From a virus (taxonomy: Duplodnaviria; Caudoviricetes), in IMG/VR virus record IMGVR_UViG_3300032307_000479, positions 1 through 32,029 of that record: a stretch of 32,029 nucleotides of DNA; one strand, 5' to 3'. The notes under the pieces are model-generated. The model made no database searches. It was not told where the DNA came from and worked only from the letters and a program-made list of their open reading frames with translations. Numbering within the stretch: the stretch's first letter is position 1; each line of letters starts with the position of its first letter. Of this stretch, positions 18,334 to 25,905 are shown piece after piece. Both the position numbers and the translations under genes were made by a program.

Positions 18334-18411
18334 GGGGTTTTCGTATGAAAATACCCCCTCGCATTTATTTTGAAAAATACTCTTGAACGAATGCAAATCA
18401 CTCCCCATAAC
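18334..18411 (+). promoter_or_regulatory. early sigma70-like promoter with upstream inverted repeat
   Basis: TTGAAC (18383) - 17 nt - CATAAC (18406); AT-rich upstream tract; inverted repeat GGGGTTTTC-GTAT-GAAAATACCCC at 18334-18357; sits at the late/early module boundary. Confidence 0.55.
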
Positions 18412-18431
18412 TGGCCTCGTACCCAAAACAT

Positions 18432-18977
18432 ATGAACACGCCCAATACCAAGACCACCGTCCCCCGCCTCGCCCTCAAGGGTTTCAAAACCGTCCGATGG
18501 ATGAGCGAAGAGACGATCTGTTTCACCGCCACGCTCCTCCTCGACGGAAAGCCGGTCGCCGTCGCCTCTAACGAGGGCCACGGTGGTTCGACGTTCCTCC
18601 ATTACTCCAATAAGGACGCCGAGGCGGTCGTCGATTCCATCGCCTCGTCCCTTGAACCCGCCGAATACGGTTGGGGTTTCCTTAACCAGTATGGCAAAAA
18701 GCTTTCTGCCGCCGACGTCGTCGATATCCTCGTCGAGATCGAGGACAAAAAGAAGGGCCTCGAAAAACTCCTTAAGAAGATGCGCAAGGCGGGCGTCGAA
18801 TGCCTTGCCTATATCAATACCGATTCCAAGGCGGGCGAATACCGTGCCTTTAAGAAGGGCGTGGTTACCGACCTTAACCGCCAAAAGTATATCGACGGTA
18901 TCAAGGCCAAGCCCGATTTTAAGGCGTTCGTTACCGACCTTACCGACGCCGAAATCCTCGCCCATTTCGTCTCGTAA
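18432..18977 (+). CDS. hypothetical early protein
   Basis: 181 aa ORF with good codon usage; SEETICF...ASNEGHGGST segment. Confidence 0.75.
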   Translation: MNTPNTKTTVPRLALKGFKTVRWMSEETICFTATLLLDGKPVAVASNEGHGGSTFLHYSNKDAEAVVDSIASSLEPAEYGWGFLNQYGKKLSAADVVDILVEIEDKKKGLEKLLKKMRKAGVECLAYINTDSKAGEYRAFKKGVVTDLNRQKYIDGIKAKPDFKAFVTDLTDAEILAHFVS

Positions 18978-19003
18978 TCCCAACCGATCACAACCCGACC
19001 CAT

Positions 19004-19111
19004 ATGCCTCTCGCATTTACCGACGCGGACCTCCGCGATTTCCTGGACGTCGTCCTTGGGCCGATCTTGGTCCTCGGCCTTATCCTCCTCGCCCCCAAGG
19101 TATTCAAGTAA
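19004..19111 (+). CDS. 35-aa membrane peptide (not in ORF track)
   Basis: MPLAFTDADLRDFLDVVLGPILVLGLILLAPKVFK; CCCATATG start context like other genes; fills the gap. Confidence 0.6.
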   Translation: MPLAFTDADLRDFLDVVLGPILVLGLILLAPKVFK

Positions 19112-19191
19112 CCCGACCGACATATCGGCGCAGGGGGTTGATTTTCATTTCGCCCGCTGCGTCGGTTTGTCCAAATCATTCCCCTATCCCT

Positions 19192-20490
19192 ATGCGCTAT
19201 GTATCCGTTTGCTCCGGAATGGAGGCCGCGACCGTTGCTTGGCATCCACTAGGCTGGACCCCGCTGGCCTTTTCCGAGATCGAACCCTTCCCAAAAGCTC
19301 TACTCCAACACAAATACCCAAATATCCCTAATTATGGCGACCTCACCAAATTCGACGAATGGCCCTTACCAGTTGGAAATGTGGACCTCGTCGTCGGGGG
19401 AACCCCCTGCCAAGCCTGGTCCGTCGCTGGAAAGCGATTGGGCCTCGACGATCCTCGCGGCCGCGTCGCCCTCGCATATGCTGGATTTATTGAAAAGCAC
19501 CGCCCCCGATGGATTGTATGGGAAAACGTGCCAGGCGTCTATTCTGCCGGTAAACCAGGGGGATCAGATTTCGCCGCCTTTGTCGGGACGTTGGCTAAAT
19601 TCGGGTATCATATCGCCTACCGAACTCTTAATGCTGAATACTTCGGAGTCCCGCAGCGACGCCGCCGATGCATACTTGTCGGATATCTTGGAGATTGGCG
19701 ACCTGCCGCGGCGGTACTTTTTGAGCCCGAAAGCTTGCGCCGGGATATTAAGAAGGGCCGAAAGAAGGGGGAAGGAATTGCCTCCGGCCCTCAAGGCGGC
19801 CCTGGTCCAAGCGTCGAATACTTCGATTTCCAAGCTATCGGAAAATACGGAAACGACGGATCGGCCTCGACCCTAATGGCCCGCGATTATAAGGACGCCA
19901 AGGACCTCGTTGTTAATCCCGTTTGCGCCACCGGGGAAACGACCCATTGCCTTACCTCGTCGCATCGCGGGTCCGAGGATGGAACGGGCCGAGGTACGCC
20001 TATCGTTATAGATCGGGCGGCCTTTAACCAAGGGGTTAATGCCCAATACGAGCCGCATATCGAGGCAACCGAAACGATGGATACCCTTATTTCCAAGGGT
20101 CCCCACGCCGTTGGCTGTTATCCTATTAATACCTTAACGCTAGGAGGCCGCCCCGACCCCGTTAATGATCGACGTATGACAATGGGCGTTGGAAACAATG
20201 GCGACCCTCAATTTACTCTCCAGGCCGCCCATTCCCACGCGGTCGCAACCGTTACCCCTATGGCCGTCCGTCGTCTAACGCCGGAGGAATGCGAGGCCCT
20301 CCAGGGGTTCCCCAAGGGGTATTCCCGAATCCCCTGGAAAGGTAAACCCGCCTCGGAATGCCCCGACGGCCCGCGGTACAAAGCTTGCGGCAATTCTATG
20401 GCCGTCCCTGTTATGCGCTGGGTCGGCGAACGCATCGCCCTCGTCGATAAACTCATTTCCCAATCCCAACCCGAACAACCCAAACCCTAA
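19192..20490 (+). CDS. DNA (cytosine-5) methyltransferase
   Basis: Motif I SVCSGME, IV GGTPCQAWS, VI WENVPG, VIII PQRRRR, IX RRLTPEECEALQGFP, X YKACGNSMAV; start at ATG 19192. Confidence 0.95.
   Translation: MRYVSVCSGMEAATVAWHPLGWTPLAFSEIEPFPKALLQHKYPNIPNYGDLTKFDEWPLPVGNVDLVVGGTPCQAWSVAGKRLGLDDPRGRVALAYAGFIEKHRPRWIVWENVPGVYSAGKPGGSDFAAFVGTLAKFGYHIAYRTLNAEYFGVPQRRRRCILVGYLGDWRPAAAVLFEPESLRRDIKKGRKKGEGIASGPQGGPGPSVEYFDFQAIGKYGNDGSASTLMARDYKDAKDLVVNPVCATGETTHCLTSSHRGSEDGTGRGTPIVIDRAAFNQGVNAQYEPHIEATETMDTLISKGPHAVGCYPINTLTLGGRPDPVNDRRMTMGVGNNGDPQFTLQAAHSHAVATVTPMAVRRLTPEECEALQGFPKGYSRIPWKGKPASECPDGPRYKACGNSMAVPVMRWVGERIALVDKLISQSQPEQPKP
19334..19876 (+). CDS. nested +1-frame ORF, putative methyltransferase beta subunit (M.EcoHK31I-like arrangement)
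   Basis: 180 aa, entirely inside the MTase gene; contains LSDILEIGDLPRRYFLSPKACAGILRRAERRGK. Confidence 0.65.
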   Translation: MATSPNSTNGPYQLEMWTSSSGEPPAKPGPSLESDWASTILAAASPSHMLDLLKSTAPDGLYGKTCQASILPVNQGDQISPPLSGRWLNSGIISPTELLMLNTSESRSDAADAYLSDILEIGDLPRRYFLSPKACAGILRRAERRGKELPPALKAALVQASNTSISKLSENTETTDRPRP

Positions 20491-20505
20491 TCCACCGTTA
20501 CCCAT

Positions 20506-20766
20506 ATGGGCAAACTCCCGACCATCCACCGGCTTAACGCCGGTAACCATAAGCAGATTAAGCTTATTACGCCGATCTGCGATTACCGCGCCCGAAAGAT
20601 CGAGGCCGTCCTGCCGCAGCTTATCGCCCTTAATAAGGCCGAAAAAACCCAGGTAGACGCCGCCGAGGTCCTCGGCCTTTCGGTTAATACCCTCCGCAAT
20701 TACCTCGACGTCGCCCGTATCGAATGGCGCAACGTCCGCAAATACACCGTTAACCGTATCCGATAA
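20506..20766 (+). CDS. HTH DNA-binding protein
   Basis: KTQVDAAEVLGLSVNTLRNYL, a Fis-like HTH. Confidence 0.75.
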   Translation: MGKLPTIHRLNAGNHKQIKLITPICDYRARKIEAVLPQLIALNKAEKTQVDAAEVLGLSVNTLRNYLDVARIEWRNVRKYTVNRIR

Positions 20767-20787
20767 CCCAACCCTCCTCCTACCAAT

Positions 20788-21048
20788 ATGCCCGACCCCC
20801 TCGCTCATCCTCTCGAAATGACCAATCCCCCGGCCCTCAAAATCCACGCCCTCCCGCGTTTCTGGTGGCTGTGGCCCTGGCCCGTTGTCCGCGAGCTTTA
20901 CACAACCCTTAAGTTTTACGGTATGATCGCCGACCTCGACGACCGGATTATCCGTCGCCAGGAGCGCCAGATTAAGGACCTTAACGACGGTATCGAACGC
21001 CTGGCCCTTATCGTCCGGCGCAACCGAGACGTCCCTTACCGCGAATGA
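20788..21048 (+). CDS. hypothetical protein
   Basis: 86 aa; Trp-rich patch and C-terminal coiled coil. Confidence 0.6.
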   Translation: MPDPLAHPLEMTNPPALKIHALPRFWWLWPWPVVRELYTTLKFYGMIADLDDRIIRRQERQIKDLNDGIERLALIVRRNRDVPYRE

Positions 21049-21350
21049 TTCAGGCCGACCTTTTCGACCGCGACGACGGGGCCGTAACCAAGATCGTCGC
21101 AAAAGCCTGTTACGCCTTTGTTTGCGTAAATTACCGCGTCCTTACCGGGGATATCATATCCCCCAAGGCGGGCCTCCCCCTGGCGAAATCCATATGCAAG
21201 GATTACGCAAAGGAGCTAAAGGCAGCGGGGGCGACCGACGTCGATCTTTCCCCCTTTGTCGCCGCCGGGGGTTGGGTCGGCCTTATGTATACCTATCGGT
21301 TCAATAACCGCCTCCAATCTTTCTCGGTCGTACCGCGACCAATGGAATAA
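21045..21350 (+). CDS. hypothetical protein
   Basis: ATGA coupling to the upstream gene. Confidence 0.6.
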   Translation: MIQADLFDRDDGAVTKIVAKACYAFVCVNYRVLTGDIISPKAGLPLAKSICKDYAKELKAAGATDVDLSPFVAAGGWVGLMYTYRFNNRLQSFSVVPRPME

Positions 21351-21352
21351 CG

Positions 21353-21784
21353 ATGCGCCGCCTCCTCCTTTCCTTGGTATCCTTTATCCCGGCCTTTACC
21401 TTGGCCGCCGAGGAAACCCGCCTGTTATACGCAATCGCCCAGGTCGAAACCGGCGACAACCCTGCCGCCGTCGGGGATCGGGGCCAAAGCTTGGGGCGGT
21501 TCCAAATGGGGGCCAAAGCCTGGGCCGAGGCAAACGATTGGTTAGCCCGACGCGGACGTTGCCCGGTCCCCCGATCATCCTGGCGCAACCCGACCGCCCA
21601 AGAGATTGCCGCCAAGGCATTCCTCGGCGTATGCCGCGAACGGTTCGCCGCCTATGGTATCAAGGACCCGACCCCGGCGCAGCTTGCGACCGTATGGAAC
21701 GTCGGGTTTACCGCAGCCAGGTCCCGCGGGTTCCGGCCTACCGATTACGGTTACCGCGTAAGTAATTTATATTTTGCGAGGTAA
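21353..21784 (+). CDS. secreted lysozyme-like / lytic transglycosylase
   Basis: Sec-type signal peptide (MRRLLLSLVSFIPAFTLAA); catalytic Glu motif AIAQVETG, GQSLGRFQM, WNVG. Confidence 0.75.
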   Translation: MRRLLLSLVSFIPAFTLAAEETRLLYAIAQVETGDNPAAVGDRGQSLGRFQMGAKAWAEANDWLARRGRCPVPRSSWRNPTAQEIAAKAFLGVCRERFAAYGIKDPTPAQLATVWNVGFTAARSRGFRPTDYGYRVSNLYFAR

Positions 21785-21788
21785 TCCG

Positions 21789-22277
21789 ATGCGGGACAAA
21801 ACCTTGGCCGTGGCTGCCGCCGATCCTATTCTTATCGCCGTGGACCCTGGCGTATCGGGCGCTTTCGTTTGGTCGGAATCGGGCCGCGTCCACGTTGTCA
21901 AAATGCCCCCGACCGCAAACGATATCGCCGACCTAATCCGGTCCTTTGCCATTAAATCGTCCTTGGTCGAATTGCATTTGGAAAACCCGTCGAAAGGCGG
22001 TTGGGGGTCGGTTTCGTCCGATACCATCGGAAAGCTTTTTGAGCAGATCGGGGGCATTCGATACTCCGGCCTGGTCGTCGGTTGGAAGGTAAACCTAGTC
22101 GCCCCGCAAACCTGGCAAGCTGCTATCGGCCTTAAGCGCAACCGAAAGGAAACGCGGACCGCCTGGAAAAACCGTTTAAAGCAAAAGGCCGAGGAGCTGT
22201 TCCCCGATCATCCGGTTACCCTTTGGAATGCCGACGCATTGCTCCTTTATCATCTGGCTGCCCGCCGCCTCGTATGA
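21789..22277 (+). CDS. RuvC-like Holliday junction resolvase
   Basis: IAVDPGVSGA, LHLE, VAPQTWQ and ADALLL motifs. Confidence 0.8.
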   Translation: MRDKTLAVAAADPILIAVDPGVSGAFVWSESGRVHVVKMPPTANDIADLIRSFAIKSSLVELHLENPSKGGWGSVSSDTIGKLFEQIGGIRYSGLVVGWKVNLVAPQTWQAAIGLKRNRKETRTAWKNRLKQKAEELFPDHPVTLWNADALLLYHLAARRLV

Positions 22278-22576
22278 TCGACGACGAACCCGACAGTTAC
22301 CTCGACCAGCTTTACCAGCAAAACGAGATTTTAGAAATGGAAATACAAACCCAATGCGACGAGAAGGAGAAGCTCCTCCAGGAAATCGAGCGCCTTAAAT
22401 CCGCGGCAAAACATCGTATTAAGGAGCTGCGGGCCGTTAAAGCCGCCGGTCGCCGTATGTATGATTTTATCGAGGAGGGGATTAGCGCCGACCTATTCCA
22501 CGACGAGGTCCTCGACGCCGCCAACCTGGCACAAGAAAAATGGTACGATATCGATACCAATCGTTTTAAAAAATGA
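22274..22576 (+). CDS. hypothetical coiled-coil protein
   Basis: ATG 22274, ATGA-coupled on both sides. Confidence 0.6.
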   Translation: MIDDEPDSYLDQLYQQNEILEMEIQTQCDEKEKLLQEIERLKSAAKHRIKELRAVKAAGRRMYDFIEEGISADLFHDEVLDAANLAQEKWYDIDTNRFKK

Positions 22577-23250
22577 ACGTCCTCGACCTATTTGCCGGAC
22601 TGGAGGGTTGGTCCACGCCATTCCGGGAACGCGGCCACCGCGTATTTTCTACCGATTTCGACCCCCAGTTTAAGGTCGATCTAGTTAAGAATATCCTGGA
22701 GGTTACCCCCGACGATATCCCTTTCCGTCCCGATATCATCCTGGCGTCCCCGCCTTGCGAGGCGTTTTCCGTAATGAATATCGGAAAGAATTGGACCGGC
22801 CCCGACGCCGACCCGCCCCATCAACCCAAGACAGATCGGGCCAAGCTCGGCCTCCAAATATTGGAAAGGACCATTTGGTTGGTCCAATGGCTGCGCCCGT
22901 CGTACTTCATTATCGAAAACCCGCGGGCGAAAATGCGTAAAATGCCCATTATGCAACAGTTTGAACGCCGGACGGTAACCTATTGCCAGTATGGTATGCG
23001 TTGGCAAAAGCCGACCGATCTATGGGGCGGGTTCCCTCCTTCCCTAGTCCTCCGGGATATGTGCCAACGCGGCGCCCCCTGCCACGAGGCCGCCCCCCGC
23101 GGTTCCTCAACGGGTATCCAGGGTAAACATAGCGCCGAGCAGCGGGCCGTCGTACCTCACCAGCTTTCGGAACAAATTTGCATCGCCGCCGAGGCCGACC
23201 TGGCCGCCGGTCGTCCTTACCGACCCCTTTACCTTTTCCCTACCGAATGA
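22573..23250 (+). CDS. second, compact DNA cytosine methyltransferase-like protein
   Basis: VLDLFAGLEG, ILASPPCEAFS, IIENP, YCQYG...KPTDLW. Confidence 0.85.
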   Translation: MNVLDLFAGLEGWSTPFRERGHRVFSTDFDPQFKVDLVKNILEVTPDDIPFRPDIILASPPCEAFSVMNIGKNWTGPDADPPHQPKTDRAKLGLQILERTIWLVQWLRPSYFIIENPRAKMRKMPIMQQFERRTVTYCQYGMRWQKPTDLWGGFPPSLVLRDMCQRGAPCHEAAPRGSSTGIQGKHSAEQRAVVPHQLSEQICIAAEADLAAGRPYRPLYLFPTE

Positions 23251-23858
23251 AAACTAAACCTATGCCCACCGATCCCACCCCTCCCCCCGCGTTGAGCGCC
23301 GCAACCTCCCTGGTTAACGCCCTCGCCGATCTCGAAAACGTCGCTGCCAATAAGACGGTTAAGGCCAATTTTACGGCCCGGTACGTTTCCCTCGACGTCC
23401 TTTTGGACGCAATCAAACCAATCCTCCACCGGCACGGGTTCGCCTTGCGCCAGGTCCTGGTATCCGAGGAGGGCCGCGTCGGGGTCCATACCTCTTTCCT
23501 GCATATCTCCGGGGAGGCATTCGACGCCGGTAAGCTTATGTTCAAGGCCGACGGCCTTACCCCGCAGCAGATCGGTAGCGGACTAACCTATGTGCGACGC
23601 CAAAGTATCCAAACGGCCTGTTTGGTAAGTACGGACTTGGACGACGATGGGGCCTCCGCGTCGAAACCGGCCAAGCCCGCCGCCCCGCCCGCCCCCTGGT
23701 ATTCTTTCCTTACCGCGGTCGAGGCCGAAAGGGCGCACGCCTACCTCGTCGCCAAGAAATGGCTGCCGGAATCTGCGGACGATCTCGCCGAGCTGGCAAA
23801 GGATAAGATCGATATGATTCTGGCGAATAAGGACCAATTCCTTAAGGCAATCAAATGA
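23247..23858 (+). CDS. ERF-family ssDNA-annealing protein
   Basis: YVSLDVLLDAIKPILHRHG, HISGE, QQIGSGLTYVRRQS...DLDDDG. Confidence 0.88.
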   Translation: MKTKPMPTDPTPPPALSAATSLVNALADLENVAANKTVKANFTARYVSLDVLLDAIKPILHRHGFALRQVLVSEEGRVGVHTSFLHISGEAFDAGKLMFKADGLTPQQIGSGLTYVRRQSIQTACLVSTDLDDDGASASKPAKPAAPPAPWYSFLTAVEAERAHAYLVAKKWLPESADDLAELAKDKIDMILANKDQFLKAIK

Positions 23859-24055
23859 GCAACCGAGCGCCGCACGGGGCCGCAAAGGCCGCCGCCTATA
23901 TGGCATACGAACAAAACATTATCGCCCGCAAGGCCGCCCAGGCAATGGGGGTCCGGACTAATTCGGTATACCACGCCGCCCGACGTTGCGGTATCCCCCT
24001 GAAGCCCGCAACGGCCAAACCGACCAACGCCTGGAGGAATGGCGGCCGCGTATGA
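23855..24055 (+). CDS. small HTH protein
   Basis: ARKAAQAMGVRTNSVYHAARRCG. Confidence 0.6.
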   Translation: MSNRAPHGAAKAAAYMAYEQNIIARKAAQAMGVRTNSVYHAARRCGIPLKPATAKPTNAWRNGGRV

Positions 24056-24294
24056 GCGATAACCAATGGGACGCCGCCGGTTACCTGGACGGTAAGATCG
24101 CCAATCTGCGGGCCGAAAACGCCGATCTTACGGCCAAGGTCGAGGCCCTCCGGAAATCCGTTTCGGCCCTTTCCGAGGCCGGGGACGACCTTTGGTACGC
24201 AATTCGCCATTATGGCCGCCAAGACAAATCCGAGCGCCTCGACGCAATTGAGGATTGGATTTACGCCAAGGATAAGGCAAACCGTAACCGTTAA
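24052..24294 (+). CDS. hypothetical coiled-coil protein
   Basis: ATG 24052, ATGA-coupled; IANLRAENADLTAKVEALRK. Confidence 0.6.
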   Translation: MSDNQWDAAGYLDGKIANLRAENADLTAKVEALRKSVSALSEAGDDLWYAIRHYGRQDKSERLDAIEDWIYAKDKANRNR

Positions 24295-24297
24295 CCT

Positions 24298-24543
24298 ATG
24301 CTCGACCAAAACAACATCCAACGCCTTGGGTTTACCGCCTGGGCCGACAACCTAATCGTTAACGCTATCGAGGACCTAGGGGACAAACGCCCTTACGATT
24401 ACGACGTCGAATCCGAGGACGTAACGATTGTCCTGCGCCAGATCGGCGACGAGATTACCGCGACCGTTCGGGCCTATGTCCCTGGCAAGGGTTGGCATTA
24501 CCACGACCGAACCCTTAACCTCAAGGAGGGGAAGCAGCCTTGA
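24298..24543 (+). CDS. hypothetical protein
   Basis: 81 aa, tightly packed in the operon. Confidence 0.6.
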   Translation: MLDQNNIQRLGFTAWADNLIVNAIEDLGDKRPYDYDVESEDVTIVLRQIGDEITATVRAYVPGKGWHYHDRTLNLKEGKQP

Positions 24544-24971
24544 GTATGGCGAAAAGGTATCGCATCGTCGTGTCGGTCCAGGATAACGAAAAAGGCGAAT
24601 ACGTCCTTTACGAAGATTATGCCCGCATCAAGGCCGAGGTCGAGATGCTGACGGAAGCGTGGGTAGATAAGAAGATGCAGGAAGATAGGGACGCATTGCT
24701 TCAACAGGTCGAGCGGCTGACCAAGGAACGTGATAAGGCTCTTACGGACTTCTGGTATATTCACGAAGGATACTTTAGATTGCAAGCAGAAGTAAATAGG
24801 CTGACGGCCTTCACCACCCGCACCATCATCCCGAACGAGGAACTGCAAGCACAGGTCGAGCGGCTGACCAAGGCCGGGGACAACCTTGTCTATGTGGTCA
24901 CCGAGCACCCGGTCGCTGAACCATTCGTAAAGGCTTGGTTCGCCGCCAAGGAGGGCAAGCCCCGTGCCTGA
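24540..24971 (+). CDS. hypothetical coiled-coil protein with internal QVERLTK repeat
   Basis: 143 aa; 23-nt direct repeat; word composition atypical for this genome. Confidence 0.6.
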   Translation: MSMAKRYRIVVSVQDNEKGEYVLYEDYARIKAEVEMLTEAWVDKKMQEDRDALLQQVERLTKERDKALTDFWYIHEGYFRLQAEVNRLTAFTTRTIIPNEELQAQVERLTKAGDNLVYVVTEHPVAEPFVKAWFAAKEGKPRA

Positions 24972-25218
24972 TCGAGAAGCTAACCCGCCGGGTATGATGG
25001 CCCATATGGCCGCCAAAATGCCCCGCGAATCATTCGCCCTTTTCCTGGTGATCGACGGACGGGTCGAAAACCCCGAATTCGTCGTTTGGGATCGAGACTC
25101 ATACGCCTCCGAGCTTTGGAAATGGAAACGCAAGGAGGTCCGCGTAGACGGTCGAAACGTCGAGTTTTGGGCCAAGAAGGGCCGCCGGTTTTACCGTATC
25201 AACCCGAACGCCGTATGA
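24964..25218 (+). CDS. hypothetical protein (paralog A)
   Basis: 84 aa; aligns by eye with the next ORF. Confidence 0.6.
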   Translation: MPDREANPPGMMAHMAAKMPRESFALFLVIDGRVENPEFVVWDRDSYASELWKWKRKEVRVDGRNVEFWAKKGRRFYRINPNAV

Positions 25219-25466
25219 AACCAGTCCGGCCCCAACCCCCGATCCCTGGGGCCATTATCAAACGGGCTGCCCAGGTCCCCCAACCCTGCGCCCTCTTTAT
25301 CCTCCTCGACGCAATCCCTTATTGCGAGATTGCGGAACGCAACCCCAAGGAGTACGAGCTGGCGTTCGTCGATTGGAGGCGCTCGATACTTAATACCCTG
25401 GCACGGTCGAACGTCCGTTATTTCGTCCGTAATTTAGATTTTGGAATCGTCGAGGTAAGGCCGTAA
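25215..25466 (+). CDS. hypothetical protein (paralog B)
   Basis: ATG 25215, ATGA-coupled, 83 aa. Confidence 0.6.
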   Translation: MKPVRPQPPIPGAIIKRAAQVPQPCALFILLDAIPYCEIAERNPKEYELAFVDWRRSILNTLARSNVRYFVRNLDFGIVEVRP

Positions 25467-25475
25467 CCCTCTCGT

Positions 25476-25823
25476 ATGACGAATAAGGATTCAATCCGTC
25501 GGCATTTGTCCGGCATAAAGGAGGACCTGGATTCTATGGAGTACGAATGCGATACCGAGATCGTCGGCGACGATACGCGGCATTTGCTTACCGATATCCG
25601 GGCGGCGCAGCGGGACCTTGCCTCCCTCGATCCGGATACGATTAAATCAGATTACGATATCGAACCCCTGGCGGCCCGCGCCCGTCGCATTTACTCCTCG
25701 ATCCGCGTCCTCCGGGGAACCCTTAACCGAATCGAGGGCCTTATGGAAAACCTTACCTCCCGCCTGGATTCAATCGCATCGGCGACCGAGGAATCCCGCC
25801 CCGATACCGACGAAACGATCTAA
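25476..25823 (+). CDS. hypothetical helical protein
   Basis: 115 aa acidic helical ORF. Confidence 0.6.
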   Translation: MTNKDSIRRHLSGIKEDLDSMEYECDTEIVGDDTRHLLTDIRAAQRDLASLDPDTIKSDYDIEPLAARARRIYSSIRVLRGTLNRIEGLMENLTSRLDSIASATEESRPDTDETI

Positions 25824-25828
25824 CCTTT

Positions 25829-25884
25829 AGGGTCGGGACCAACCGCAAGGCGTCCAAGGTATTGTCCTACCTATTGTCGGCCCT
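25829..25884 (+). ncRNA. candidate structured cis-regulatory RNA (three-way junction)
   Basis: P1 AGGGTCG/CGGCCCT; P2 GGAC/GTCC capped by CC-GCAA-GG; P3 AGGTA/TACCT; fills the gap before the exonuclease gene. Confidence 0.45.
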
Positions 25885-25905
25885 CTCTTTCCTAACCTAA
25901 TACCT

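Noticed and set aside
18273-18431. Lysogeny or immunity switch at the late/early boundary
   Set aside because: No divergent repressor or integrase; only a rightward promoter and an inverted repeat are visible.
18583-19191. N-terminal extension of the methyltransferase ORF
   Set aside because: Overlaps two better genes in other frames; MTase motif I begins right at ATG 19192.
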